Part shown: piece by piece, positions 29,710 through 41,050 of the stretch | Layout: each line of letters begins with the position of its first letter | Position numbering within the stretch: position 1 is the stretch's first letter | NCBI GenBank assembly: GCA_963845515.1 | Contig: CAWJSR010000058.1 | Span: 32,001-96,000 of the forward strand | DNA: 64,000 bases | Direction of reading: 5' to 3' | Source of the DNA: an uncultured delta proteobacterium | GTDB lineage: Bacteria > Myxococcota > Myxococcia > Myxococcales > Anaeromyxobacteraceae | Translations under genes and position numbers: made by a program | The notes under the pieces: generated by a model | The model's database searches: none | What the model saw: only the letters and a program-made list of their open reading frames with translations | What the model was told of the DNA's origin: nothing

Positions 29710-30687
29710 TCACCAGTAGGTGGCTCCCTCCATGATCGCGGCGTCGCGCGGCGTCTCCTCCGGCAGCGGACGGACCCAGTGCTCGTTGCAGAGCGCCTGG
29801 TAGTAGGCCCAGCGGTCCCACCGGCGGCCGCGGATGCCGAACATGAGCTGGGTCGCGCCGCCGAGATGGACCGCCTTGCGGCCGATCCGCTTGCAGTGGG
29901 CGGCGAGGGACATGCCGTAGGCTCCCGCGCCGATGATCGCGACGTCGAACCGGATACGGGAGAGCTCCTGGCACATCCAGTCCAGCGCCTCGAACCAGGT
30001 CCTGAACTCGGAGCGCTCTCCTCCCGCCGACTGGACCGCCTTGAAGGTCAGCAGCTCGAAGTCGGGCAGGACACGCGGATCCTTGAAGAGCAGACGCCGC
30101 TTCTCGTACTGGCGCTGGATGCTCTTCTCGAACGGGTGGACGACCAGGACGCGCCGTCCCTGGAGCGCCTCGCTCCAGGGATCCTCGTGCTGGTACGGCT
30201 CCAGCTCCACCAGCGGGATCGTCTTCGCGTCTCGGAGCCGGTCGCCGAGCCTCCGCTCGCCGGCGAGCCAGGAGCCCAGCACGTCGACCTGGGTCGCGTC
30301 CTCCAGCTCCAGCCTCGCGAAGCGCTCCAGGTGCTCCTCGTCCACGGGGAAGAAGCCGGCGACGTTGAAGATGTCGCGGTTGGTCCGCTCGTCCCACCAC
30401 CAGGCGCCGAGCTCACCGCGCACGTAGAGCCTCATCCGCTCCAGCACGCCGCGCTGGTCCTCCGAGGCGAGCCAGTTCAGGATCGCGTTCAACTCGGTGT
30501 TGCCGAAGCGCGCGACCATGCGCGGGGCGGGATCGAGCATCGCCTGCTTGATGGCGTCGCTCCCTGCCTGCCCGCGCAGGTCGTAGGTGAGCTCGGGCGG
30601 CTTCACGAGGTATCGAGCCCGCCACTTCCGCGCGTTCTTGAGGAAGCGGTGGAGCCCGCTGCCCCGCGTCAGCCCGTTCGAACCCAT
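29710..30687 (-). CDS. Glycan-locus protein, GT-D fold-like
   Basis: MVARFGNTE, AGFFP, PWSEALQGRRVLVVHPF, FDVAIIGAGAYG, KAVHLGGATQLMFGIRGRRW. Confidence 0.7.
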   Translation of the reverse strand: MGSNGLTRGSGLHRFLKNARKWRARYLVKPPELTYDLRGQAGSDAIKQAMLDPAPRMVARFGNTELNAILNWLASEDQRGVLERMRLYVRGELGAWWWDERTNRDIFNVAGFFPVDEEHLERFARLELEDATQVDVLGSWLAGERRLGDRLRDAKTIPLVELEPYQHEDPWSEALQGRRVLVVHPFEKSIQRQYEKRRLLFKDPRVLPDFELLTFKAVQSAGGERSEFRTWFEALDWMCQELSRIRFDVAIIGAGAYGMSLAAHCKRIGRKAVHLGGATQLMFGIRGRRWDRWAYYQALCNEHWVRPLPEETPRDAAIMEGATYW

Positions 30688-30732
30688 CTCACCGTTCTCC
30701 CGGCTGCAGTGAGCCAGCACTCGGACGAGCCA

Positions 30733-33408
30733 TCACGCCAGCGCCGCGGCCACCAGCTCCTTCACCTTCGCGAGCGCCTTCTCGATGCCCGCGGGGTCCG
30801 AGCCGCCCGCCTGCGCGATGTCCGGCTTCCCGCCGCCGGCCCCGCCGACGAGCTTCGCCGCCTCCTTCACGAGGTCGCCGGCCTTGAGCACCGCGGTCAG
30901 GTCCTTCGTCACGGCGACGAGCAGCACGGCCTTGCCGTCCTGCTCGCTGGCGAGCGCCACGACGCCGCGGCCGATCCTGTCGCGCAGCTTGTCGGCGAGC
31001 TCGCGGAGCGCCTTGGCGTCCCCATCCACCTTCACGGCGAGGATCTTCGCCCCCTTCACCTCGACCGCCTTCGCGGCCAGGTCGCCGGACTGGGCGGTGG
31101 CGAGCTTCGAGTGGGCCTCCTCCAGCGAGCGCTCAAGCTCCCTCGCGCGGCGCTGCGCCTGCTCCACCTTGGCGGCGACCTCGAAGGCGCCAGCCTTGAG
31201 GAGCGCGGCGGTCCTGCGCAGCTCGTCCTCGATCCGCTGCGCGTGCTCCACCGCCTTCGGGCCGGTGTACGCGACGATCCGCCGGACGCCGGCGGCGATC
31301 GACTCCTCGCTGGCGATCTTGAAGAAGGCGATGTCGCCAGTGCGGCGCACGTGGGTGCCGCCGCAGAGCTCCTTCGACGGCCCCATCGACACGACGCGGA
31401 CCGTCTCGCCGTACTTCTCGCCGAAGATCATCATCGCGCCCGTCTTGCGCGCGTCGTCGAGCCCGAGCACCGCCGTCTGGGCGTCGGCGTTCGCCCGGAC
31501 CAGCTCGTTCACGCGCCGCTCGATGTCGCTGAGCTCCTCGTCGGTGAGCGGCTGGAAGTGGGAGAAGTCGAAGCGGAGGTAGTCCGGGGCGACGACGGAG
31601 CCGGCCTGCTTCACGTGGTCGCCCAGCCGCTCGCGCAGCGCGAGCTGCAGCAGGTGGGTCGCCGAGTGGTTCGCGCGGATGAGATCGCGCCGCGGGTCGT
31701 CGACCGTGAGCTCGATCCCGTCGCCGATCGACAGCTCGCCCTCGGTCAGCTCGCCGACGTGCGTGACCAGCCCCGGGACGGGGCGCTGCGCGTCGGTGAC
31801 CCTGACCTTCGCCTTCTGGGACGAGATCGTGCCGGTGTCGCCCATCTGGCCGCCCGACTCCCCGTAGAAGGGCGTCAGCGCCGCGATCACCTCGACCTTG
31901 TCCCCCTTCACCGCGCGATTCACCCGCTGGCCCTTGACGATCAGGGCCTGGACCTCGGAGTGGGCCTGCCCGGCCTCGTAGCCGACGAAGCGGGTCTCGC
32001 CCAGCTCGGAGGCTATCTGCTTGTGGAGATCGGTCACCGCGGTCTCGCCCGAGCCCTTCCACTCGGAGCGGGCCCGCTGCTCGGCCAGCTGCTTCTCGTA
32101 GCCGGCCTCGTCGACGCCGAGGCCGCGCTCGGCGCAGATGACCCGCGTCAGGTCGATCGGGAAGCCGAAGGTGTCGGAGAGCAGGAAGGCGACCTTCCCG
32201 GAGAGGACCTTCTCGCCGGCCTTCGCCATCCGGCCGGTCTCCTCTTCGAGGATGGCGAGCCCCTTGTCGAGCGTTCGCCGGAAGGCCTCCTCCTCCTGCT
32301 GCGCCACCTTCTGGATGAAGGCCCTGTTGTTGCGGGTGTCGGGGTAGGCCGCCCCCATCTCCTCCATGACGGTGCCGCAGATCTCGTGGAGGAACGGCTT
32401 CTCGATCCCGAGCCGCTTCCCGTGCCGGATGCCGCGCCGCATGATCCGCCGGAGCACGTAGCCGCGCCCCTCGTTGGACGGCAGCACGCCGTCGCCGACG
32501 AGGAAGGTGGTCGCCCGGGCGTGATCGGCGATCACCCGCAGCGAGACGTCGTCGTCGGGATCCTTCCCGTACGTCTTGCCGGCGATCTTCGAGATCGCCC
32601 GGATGATGTTCTGGAAGAGGTCCGTGTCGTAGTTGGTCAGCTTGCCCTGCGCGACCGCCGCGACGCGCTCCAGCCCCGCGCCGGTGTCGATCGAGGGCTT
32701 GGGGAGCGGCGTCAGCTTGCCGTCGGCGCTCCGCTCGAACTGCATGAAGACCAGGTTCCAGATCTCGAGCCAGCGATCGCAGTCGCAGGCGACGCCCTCG
32801 CACTTCCTGCCGGCCTTCTCCTCGGCGCAGGGGATCTCGTTGCCCTGGAAGAAGTGGATCTCCGAGCAGGGGCCGCAAGGGCCGGTGTCGCCCATCGCCC
32901 AGAAGTTGTCCTTCATGCCCAGCTTGAAGATCCGCTCGGCCGGAACGCCCTCTGCGCGCCAGAAGTCGAAGGCCTCCTGGTCCCAGGGCAGCCCCCCCTC
33001 CCCGTTGAAGACGGTGGTCGCGAGCCGGTCCTTCCGGATCCCGAGCCACTCCTCGGAGGTGACGAACTCCCACGCCCACTTCACCGCGTCGCGCTTGAAG
33101 TAGTCGCCGAAGGAGAAGTTGCCGAGCATCTCGAAGAAGGTGTGATGGCGGGCCGTGAAGCCGACGTTCTCCAGGTCGTTGTGCTTCCCGCCGGCCCGCA
33201 CGCACTTCTGGGAGGTCGTCGCGCGCGTGTAGTCCCGCTTCTCCTTCCCCGTGAAGACGTCCTTGAACTGGACCATCCCCGCGTTGGTGAAGAGGAGCGT
33301 CGGGTCGTTCTGCGGCACGAGCCCGGAGGAGGTGACGCGGCGGTGGCTGCGCTCCTCGAAGAAGCGGAGGAAGAGCTCACGGATCTCGGCGGCGGTCAGG
33401 GTCTTCAT
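30733..33408 (-). CDS. alaS: Alanine--tRNA ligase
   Basis: DPTLLFTNAGMVQFK, HHTFFEMLGNFSFGDYFK, NHSATHLL, ELCGGTHV, GGGGKPDIAQAGG. Confidence 0.99.
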   Translation of the reverse strand: MKTLTAAEIRELFLRFFEERSHRRVTSSGLVPQNDPTLLFTNAGMVQFKDVFTGKEKRDYTRATTSQKCVRAGGKHNDLENVGFTARHHTFFEMLGNFSFGDYFKRDAVKWAWEFVTSEEWLGIRKDRLATTVFNGEGGLPWDQEAFDFWRAEGVPAERIFKLGMKDNFWAMGDTGPCGPCSEIHFFQGNEIPCAEEKAGRKCEGVACDCDRWLEIWNLVFMQFERSADGKLTPLPKPSIDTGAGLERVAAVAQGKLTNYDTDLFQNIIRAISKIAGKTYGKDPDDDVSLRVIADHARATTFLVGDGVLPSNEGRGYVLRRIMRRGIRHGKRLGIEKPFLHEICGTVMEEMGAAYPDTRNNRAFIQKVAQQEEEAFRRTLDKGLAILEEETGRMAKAGEKVLSGKVAFLLSDTFGFPIDLTRVICAERGLGVDEAGYEKQLAEQRARSEWKGSGETAVTDLHKQIASELGETRFVGYEAGQAHSEVQALIVKGQRVNRAVKGDKVEVIAALTPFYGESGGQMGDTGTISSQKAKVRVTDAQRPVPGLVTHVGELTEGELSIGDGIELTVDDPRRDLIRANHSATHLLQLALRERLGDHVKQAGSVVAPDYLRFDFSHFQPLTDEELSDIERRVNELVRANADAQTAVLGLDDARKTGAMMIFGEKYGETVRVVSMGPSKELCGGTHVRRTGDIAFFKIASEESIAAGVRRIVAYTGPKAVEHAQRIEDELRRTAALLKAGAFEVAAKVEQAQRRARELERSLEEAHSKLATAQSGDLAAKAVEVKGAKILAVKVDGDAKALRELADKLRDRIGRGVVALASEQDGKAVLLVAVTKDLTAVLKAGDLVKEAAKLVGGAGGGKPDIAQAGGSDPAGIEKALAKVKELVAAALA

Positions 33409-33494
33409 GTCTCGGTCCGGAAGGGGTCGAACCGGTTGAAATAACAGAGGACGGCCGCCGGTGCCGAGCGCCGGCCGGCTCCCGGCGCGCGCTC

Positions 33495-34100
33495 CTATCG
33501 GCGGATCATGCGCAGCCGCCAGACGGGCTGCCCGGTCGCGAGGTAGCGCCGCTCGCGCGTCGAGGGGATCTCGTCTGGGAGCCGCTCGCAGAAGCGGCCC
33601 GGCCCGGCCTCGTTCTCGAAGCCGACCTCCTCGAGCCGCTCGACGGCGCCGAGCGCGTAGTCCTCGACGTCGGTGCGGAAGTCGAGCGCGCCGCCGGCGC
33701 GGAGGAGGCCGAGCAGCAGGGCGCTCATCCGGTCGTCCACCAGCCGGCGCGTGAAGTGGCGCCGCTTCCACCACGGATCCGGGAAGTGGACGTGGATCGC
33801 CGCCAGCGAGCCGGCGGGGAAGAGACGCGGCGCCATGAGCCTGGCGTCCCCCTGCAGCACCAGGAGGTTGGACAGCCCGCGGGTCTCCGCCTTCGCGGCG
33901 ACCTCGCGGGCGAACTTGTGGCGCTGCTCGATGGCGACCAGCGCGCGCTCCGGCCTGGCCTTGGCGAAGGCGAGCGCGAAGCCCCCGTGCCCCGAGCCGA
34001 TCTCGAGCTCCAGCTCCCCGGCGGCCGCGCCGAAGCGCTCCGACCAGTCGGGGAAGCGATCGAGCGCCAGCGGGGCGGCATCCTCACCCTGGAAGATCAT
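33495..34100 (-). CDS. trmB: tRNA (guanine-N7)-methyltransferase
   Basis: LEIGSGHG, HFPDPWWKRRH..RRL, FRTDVEDY, STRERRY. Confidence 0.92.
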   Translation of the reverse strand: MIFQGEDAAPLALDRFPDWSERFGAAAGELELEIGSGHGGFALAFAKARPERALVAIEQRHKFAREVAAKAETRGLSNLLVLQGDARLMAPRLFPAGSLAAIHVHFPDPWWKRRHFTRRLVDDRMSALLLGLLRAGGALDFRTDVEDYALGAVERLEEVGFENEAGPGRFCERLPDEIPSTRERRYLATGQPVWRLRMIRR

Positions 34101-34133
34101 GGGCGCGGTTCCTTATCATGTTAGGGTTTCTGC

Positions 34134-35728
34134 GTGCGCCCGGTTCGGCAGCGCGGTCTGGTCGTCGCCCTCGCCGCCCTGGCAGCTTGCGCGCGCTGCG
34201 GCGGCGCCGCAGGGCCGCCCCCGGAGCGGTTCGTCCCTGCCGACGTCACGGCTGCGGTCCTGGTCCCCGAGCTGCGCGGCGCGGCCAGATCGCTCGCCGA
34301 GTTCTACTCCACGGCCCGGGACTTCCCCGGCACGAGCGAGCTCCCCTCGCTCCGCGCCTCGCTCTCGGCTCAGCTCGGCTTCGACCCGCTCGACCTGGGA
34401 GCGCTCCGCGACGCGGGGATCGACCCGCGGGGCGGCATGGCGCTCGCCTTCCTGCCGCGCGTCCTCGCCGGCGAGCCTGGACGTCCCGCGCCGCTCGTCG
34501 TCCTGCCGGTCTCCAACCGCGCGGCCGCCGACGCGCTCGTCAGGCGCATCGCCGTCGAGCGGCTCCGCGCGGGCGAGCGGTCGGTGGAGATCGTCGGCTC
34601 GTCGCAGGTGGCGGTCTACCGCGAGCGCGCGGGTGGCCCGCCGGCGCTCGCGGCCGGCAACGGCGAGGGGTACCTCGTCGTCTGCGCCGGCCCGTCCGGT
34701 CCCGCCGCGGTCGCGCGCGCCGTCTCGCTCACCGCCGAGGAGTCGCTCGCCGGGAGCGGCGCCTGGAAGGCCGCGCGGGAGGCGGTGGGACGCGACGCCG
34801 CGGCGATGGCCTTCCTGCCGCCCGAATCCCCTGCGCTCGAGGGGCTCTCGATGTTGCGGGATGGGGCTGCGCTCGCCATCTCCGCAGAGCAGCGACGGCT
34901 CAGCGCCCGCTTCGTGGCGCTCCTGGGCGATCGGGACGCGGGCTTCCAGGCGCTCGCCGCTGGCGGGGCGGGCGGGGCGCTGGCGGCCAGGCTCGATCCG
35001 GCGGCGGCGCTGGTCGCCCGCTTCGACGGCGACCCGGCCGCGCTCGCGGCGAAGCTCCTGCCGCCGATTCCGCGGCTCGAGCGGGCGTGGCCGGCGGCGG
35101 CCGGCGTCCACCTCGAGCGGGAGCTCTTCGGTGCGCTCTCTCCGGGCGCGGCCGCGTCGGTGTCGCTCGCGCCGCGGATCGACCTCGCGACGCTCGACGC
35201 GAGGAGCCTCTCGCGCGACCCGCTCCGGCTCGCCCAGTTCGAGCTGGTGATCCCGCTCGCCGACGCCGCCCGCGTCTCGGCCCTCTCGGAGCGGATCGTC
35301 CGGCGCGCAGGCCAGCGGCCGCGTGGGGGGGCCTGGGTGCTCCCGACGGCGACCGGCGAGGTGGCGTGGGCGATCGACGCCGGCCGGCTCGTGGTGGCCG
35401 GCGGCGCCCCAGGACGGCTCGCGACGCTTCGCGCGCGGCTGGGGCAGGCGGCAGGCGGCTACCGCGCCCCCACCGACGTCGCGCGGAAGGCGCTGGCGTC
35501 GGGAGGGCTCGGGGCGCTCGTCCTCGACACGCAGAACTTCGCGGCCAGCGTGAGGGCGCTCTCGCCGGAGGCGTTCGGCACCGGCCCGACGGGCTTCGTC
35601 ATGCGGTCGCTGGTCAACCGCTTCGTGGATCCCGCGGAGCAGATCGAGTCGGCCGCGCTCCGCGTGGAGCTCGCACCGGGGGCGCTCCTGCTCTCGCTCG
35701 ACGTCGAGCTGCGCGCCGGTGAGGCGGA

Positions 35729-35732
<4 letters not shown>
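34134..35732 (+). CDS. Hypothetical lipoprotein upstream of an ABC transporter
   Basis: Signal peptide with LAAC; QLGFDPL..AGIDPRGG; stop overlaps the next start. Confidence 0.75.
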
Positions 35733-36390
<658 letters not shown>

Positions 36391-36394
<4 letters not shown>

Positions 36395-37677
36395 GCGCGA
36401 AGGGGCTCCTCTGGATCGCCCGTGCCAACCTGCGCAGCGACCTGCGCGGCACGCTCGTCAACGCCGCGGCTGCGACCGTCGGCGCCGCGGCCCTCGCCTT
36501 CTTCGTGGCGCTCGGGCTCGGCGTCGGAGACGCGGCGCAGCGGATGTTCCCCGCCGACGCCCGGCTCGTCGACGTCATCCCGGGCGGCGTCTCGCTCGGA
36601 GGAGTGCTGGGCGGCGCCGAGCTGGACGACGCGGCGCTGGCGCGCCTCAGGGCGCTGCCGGGCGTCGAGGCGGCCTGGCCGAGGCTCACGCTGCGCGTCC
36701 CGATCGCCGCGGGGCGGCCGCCCGACGGGTTCCGGTACAACTGGCCGCCCGGCATGACGATCCAGATCCCGGTGCTCGGCGTGGACCCGGGGCTGCTGTC
36801 CCGCGACGCCGACGGGGGCTTCACCTTCGAGGACCCGTCCGACGGCGGCCCGATCCCGGTGATGCTCTCGCGCAGGCTGATCGAGGTCTACAACAAGACG
36901 ATCGCGCCGTCGTGGAACGTGCGGAAGCTGCCGATGGGGATCTCGCTGGTGGGGCTCCAGCTCCCGGTGGAGGTCGGCTACTCGATCGTGCCGCAGAAGA
37001 CCGAGGACCGGACGTACGAGGCCCGGCTCCGGCTCGTCGGCCTCTCCGACCGCGTCCCGCTCTACATGCTCGCGATGCCGCTCCAGACCGTGCAGCGGCT
37101 CCACCGCGACTACGCCAAGCCGGACACCGGCTACACGCAGGTGACGCTCCAGGCGAAGCGGCCGGACGACGCGCCAGTCATCGCCAGCGCGGTGCGCAGG
37201 ATGGGGTTCGCGCTCGACGAGGGAGAGCGGGCCACCGCCGAGCGGGTCGGAACCGTGGTGGCGGTGACCACGCTCGCGCTCGCCCTGCTGGCGATCCTGA
37301 TGGTCGCCCTCGCGGCGCTCGCCATCGCCCAGTCGCTCTCCGCCAACGTGCGGGCGCGGGCGAAGGAGATCGCGATCCTCCGCGCGGTCGGCGCGACCCC
37401 GGCTGACGTCCGCGGGATCATCCTGATCGAAGGCGGCGTCGTGGGGCTGGCGGGCGGGGTGCTGGGCGCGGTGCTGGCGCGGCTGGCAGCGCTCGGGGCC
37501 GACCGTATCGCCGCCAGGCTGCTCCCGGACTTCCCCTTCCGGCCGGAGACCTTCTTCTCCTTCCCTGCATGGGTCCTCGCCCTCGCCGTGGCGGTGGCGA
37601 TCTGCGCCGCGATCCTGGGGGCGCTGGCGCCGGCCGCGCTCGCGGCGAGGGTGGATCCAGCGCGGACTATCGCGTAG
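36391..37677 (+). CDS. ABC transporter permease (MacB/FtsX-like)
   Basis: RARAKEIAILRAVGA; PAALAARVDPARTI. Confidence 0.9.
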
Positions 37678-37686
37678 GGATTCGGC

Positions 37687-39723
37687 GTGCACGCACTCCT
37701 CCTCGCACTCCTGGCCGGGGCGTTCGCGATCCCCGCGCCCGCGGACGGCGCGGCCCGCGCGTTCGACGTCCGGCCGGCGCCAGCCTGGGTCGAGCCGATC
37801 CCGCCGGACCTCGCGCGCCGGGCGCCGGCGGAGACCAGCGGCGGCGTCGACTACCTGGTGGTCGACGACCAGATCCGTGTCGCCGCGCAATCCCTCGAGC
37901 GCTATCACCACGTCGCCCGCAGGATGGTCTCGGCGAAGGGGGTCGAGAACGGCTCGGAGCTCCGGATCGACTTCGATCCGCAGTACGAGCGGCTCACGCT
38001 CCACGAGGTCTGGCTGCATCGCGGGGGAGCCCGGATCCCCGCGCTGCGGGCCGACGAGGTCCGCGTCATCCAGCGCGAGCCCGACCTCGACAGGCAGCTC
38101 TACGACGGCGAGCACACCGCGCTGGTCTTCCTGCGCGACGTCCGGGTGGGCGACGTCGTGGAGGCCTCCTGGACCGTGCGGGGCTCCAACCCCGTCTTCG
38201 GCGGGCGATACTCCGGCGCCTTCTCGCTCGGCTACGAGGTCCCGGTGGCGAGGCTCGGCGTGCGCATCCTGTCGCCGGGAGGCCGTCCGCTCCGCTGGAG
38301 CGTCCAGGGGCTCGAGCTTCCGCCTTCGCGCAGGCGCGACGGCGCGATGGAGGAGTACCGCTGGACCCGCTCGGGCGTGGCCGCCACGGACGACGAGGGC
38401 GACCTGCCGCCGGGGCTCGATCCGTTCCCGTGGCTGGAGGTGTCCGAGTGGCAGGACTGGGGCGAGGTGGTCCGGTGGGCGATGCCGCTCTACGCACCGT
38501 CCGGGCCGTCCGCGGCGATGTCCGCGAAGCTGGCGGAGTGGCGCACGCTGCCGGACGAGGCGGCGCGGGCGCTCGCCGCGCTGCGCTTCGTGCAGGACGA
38601 GGTGCGCTACCTCGGGATCGAGCTCGGCACCAGCTCGCACCGTCCCCACGGTCCGGCGGACGTGTTCGACCGGCGCTTCGGCGACTGCAAGGACAAGTCG
38701 CTGCTCCTCGTGACGCTCCTGCGCGACCTGGGGATCGAGGCGGCGGTCGCGCTGGTCGACACGGAGGACCAGGACGCGATCGCGGCGCGCCTCCCCTCCC
38801 CATTCGCCTTCGACCACGTGATCGTGCGCGCCCGGGTAGGCGGCGCGGAGCGGTGGCTCGAGCCCACACGCTCACTCGAGCACGCCAGCGTGGAGGCGCT
38901 CTCCCCGCCGGCGTACGGGCGCGCCCTGATCATCGCCCCCGGCGAGGCCGCCCTCTCGCGCCTCCCGCCCGCAGCGCCGCTCCGCACCGACGTCCGGAGC
39001 ACGTGGAAGGTCCCGCGCTTCGGCGCCGCGGTCCGGTTCGAGGTCGTGACCCGGCTCGAGGGGCTCGACGCGATCGACATGCGGCACGAGCTCGCCGAGA
39101 CCCCGTCGGCGGAGCTGCAGCGCAGTTACCTGGACCACTACGCGCGCGCCGATCCCGGGATCAGGAGCGCAGGCCCGCTGGCGGTGGACGACGATCCCGC
39201 CGCGGACCGGATCACCATCACCGAGCGCTACGAGCTCCCCGCGGTCGCGGAGGGCGAAGAGCGCGAGTTCCGGGCGGATGCGATCCGGGAGGAGCTCTCG
39301 GACCCGGCCACCGCGCTCCGCAAGCTCCCGCTCCGGATCCGCCACCCGGTGATCGTCACCGAGCAGCTCCGGGTCGAGCTTCCGGGACCGCCCGACGTGG
39401 AGGAGGAGGAGCCACAGGAGGTCAGCTCAGGCGGGGCGCGCCTCGGGTATGCGACGCGGGTGGTGGCGACGAGCGTGGTCTTCGACTACGAGTACCGGAG
39501 CCTCGCGGGCGTGCTCGAGCCGTCCGCGGTTCCGGACCACCTCTCCGCGCTCCGCGAGATGAGGCGGCTGTGGGTCGTCGGGATTCCGATGGTCCTGAGG
39601 CGATCGCTCGCGCGCGAGAGCGGCGCCCCTGGCCGGGGCGCCGCCGCTGGCGCGCTGCTCCTCGCCGGCGTCGCCCTCGCGGTCTCGCTCCGGGCAAGGT
39701 GGATCGAGCGCCGCCAGCGCTGA
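37687..39723 (+). CDS. DUF3857 plus transglutaminase-like domain protein
   Basis: PAPAWVEP, IDFDPQYERLTLH, FVQDEVRYLG, RFGDCKDKS, FDHVIV; C-terminal TM segment. Confidence 0.9.
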   Translation: MHALLLALLAGAFAIPAPADGAARAFDVRPAPAWVEPIPPDLARRAPAETSGGVDYLVVDDQIRVAAQSLERYHHVARRMVSAKGVENGSELRIDFDPQYERLTLHEVWLHRGGARIPALRADEVRVIQREPDLDRQLYDGEHTALVFLRDVRVGDVVEASWTVRGSNPVFGGRYSGAFSLGYEVPVARLGVRILSPGGRPLRWSVQGLELPPSRRRDGAMEEYRWTRSGVAATDDEGDLPPGLDPFPWLEVSEWQDWGEVVRWAMPLYAPSGPSAAMSAKLAEWRTLPDEAARALAALRFVQDEVRYLGIELGTSSHRPHGPADVFDRRFGDCKDKSLLLVTLLRDLGIEAAVALVDTEDQDAIAARLPSPFAFDHVIVRARVGGAERWLEPTRSLEHASVEALSPPAYGRALIIAPGEAALSRLPPAAPLRTDVRSTWKVPRFGAAVRFEVVTRLEGLDAIDMRHELAETPSAELQRSYLDHYARADPGIRSAGPLAVDDDPAADRITITERYELPAVAEGEEREFRADAIREELSDPATALRKLPLRIRHPVIVTEQLRVELPGPPDVEEEEPQEVSSGGARLGYATRVVATSVVFDYEYRSLAGVLEPSAVPDHLSALREMRRLWVVGIPMVLRRSLARESGAPGRGAAAGALLLAGVALAVSLRARWIERRQR

Positions 39724-39730
39724 GGCGCGC

Positions 39731-40165
39731 TCAGATCCTGAACGCCAGCCGCAGCCCCAGCATCGTCGCGTCCCTGAGGACGCCGACCTCGAGGCCGAAG
39801 TCGATCGAGCCCGACTCGATGCCGAAGCCGAAGGCGCCGTGGAAGCGGAAGAGGTCCGAGCTGTCGATCATGAACCACGGCCCCAGGAGCCCCTCGAAGT
39901 AGATCCGCTGGAGGTGGAGCTTCAGCCGGAAGTCGAGGGGGACGGCCATCGTGTTGCTGTCCCCGAAGAAGGCGACACCCGCGCGGCCACCGACGGAGAT
40001 GTTGCGCGCGAGGAAGCTGTCGGCTCCCAGGGTGAGGTTGAGCTCGCCGGTGCCGCCCTCGATCCAGTCGGCGCCGAGGCCGAGGTTCACGGAGGCGTCG
40101 GCGGGGCGGGCGAAGCCCAGGACGACGAGCGTGCCCAGCAGTGGCAGGACGTGACGTGCGTTCAT
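39731..40165 (-). CDS. Small outer-membrane beta-barrel protein
   Basis: Signal peptide, amphipathic strands, ends LGLRLAFRI; GGAGGAG RBS. Confidence 0.75.
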   Translation of the reverse strand: MNARHVLPLLGTLVVLGFARPADASVNLGLGADWIEGGTGELNLTLGADSFLARNISVGGRAGVAFFGDSNTMAVPLDFRLKLHLQRIYFEGLLGPWFMIDSSDLFRFHGAFGFGIESGSIDFGLEVGVLRDATMLGLRLAFRI

Positions 40166-40240
40166 GTGGAGCTCCTCCGGTGGTTACGCTGGGAGGAAAT
40201 CACGCCGCCGCACCCGTGTCACCGTGCGCGGGCGCGCGGC

Positions 40241-41050
40241 TCAGTGCGCGTGATTCAGGAAGGTGAGCGACCACATCGCCGCGAGCCCCACCATCAGCGC
40301 GCCGGAGAGCCGGAACTTGGAGCCCTGCCGCCGGTGCAGGTCGGGGAGGATGTCCGAGAGCGCGAGGTGCAGGAACGTTCCTGCGCTGCCGGCGAGCGCG
40401 TACGCCGTGAAGGTCTCGGCCTGCACCAGGTTGCGCAGCAGGAGGTAGATCCCCGCGCCCACCGGGACCATCAGCGCGAACAGCACGTTCATCGTCATCG
40501 CGCGCCGCCGACCGTACCCCTCGGCGCGGAGGATCGCCGAGAGGGAGAACGCGGACGGGATCTTGTGGGCGACGATCGCGACGAAGACCAGCAGGCCGAT
40601 GTTGGGCGTGGAGTTGGCCGCGCCGAGGACGAAGCCGTCCACCATGGTGTGGAGCGACATCCCGATCCAGGCGGCCAGCCCCAGGGTGTGGACCTCGCAG
40701 CCGGTCCCCTTGCCGTGGCCGTGGTCGTGGTGGTCGCCGGCCTCGTCGACGCAGCGCTGCGCGAGCTGGGCGTTGATGGCGGGCTCGGCGCAGACGTGGA
40801 TGAGGACGAAGCGCTCGAGCAGGTAGAGGAGGAGGAAGCCGCCCAACACCACCGGCACCACCCGCGCGCCACCCTCCTCCACCGCCTCCGGCAGCATGTG
40901 GAAGAAGGCGGCGCCGAGCATGACGCCGGCGGAGAAGGAGAGGAGCAGGTCCGAGCGGCGCTGCGTCCCGAGCAGGGGCAGCAGGCCGCCGCCGACGGCG
41001 CCGACGAGGATGGCCCCGGAGAACAGGGCGAGCGACTGGAGCTCGGTCAT
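40241..41050 (-). CDS. ZIP family metal transporter
   Basis: FSAGVMLGAAFFHMLPEA, LHTMVDG, AHKIP, AGTFLHLALSDILP. Confidence 0.92.
   Translation of the reverse strand: MTELQSLALFSGAILVGAVGGGLLPLLGTQRRSDLLLSFSAGVMLGAAFFHMLPEAVEEGGARVVPVVLGGFLLLYLLERFVLIHVCAEPAINAQLAQRCVDEAGDHHDHGHGKGTGCEVHTLGLAAWIGMSLHTMVDGFVLGAANSTPNIGLLVFVAIVAHKIPSAFSLSAILRAEGYGRRRAMTMNVLFALMVPVGAGIYLLLRNLVQAETFTAYALAGSAGTFLHLALSDILPDLHRRQGSKFRLSGALMVGLAAMWSLTFLNHAH

Noticed and set aside
29575..33444. Very long antisense or alternate-frame ORFs (1289 aa here; also 19626..23006, 1039..3768, 7016..9316)
   Set aside because: Shadows of real genes in high-GC DNA; Arg/Pro/Gly-rich with no recognisable motifs
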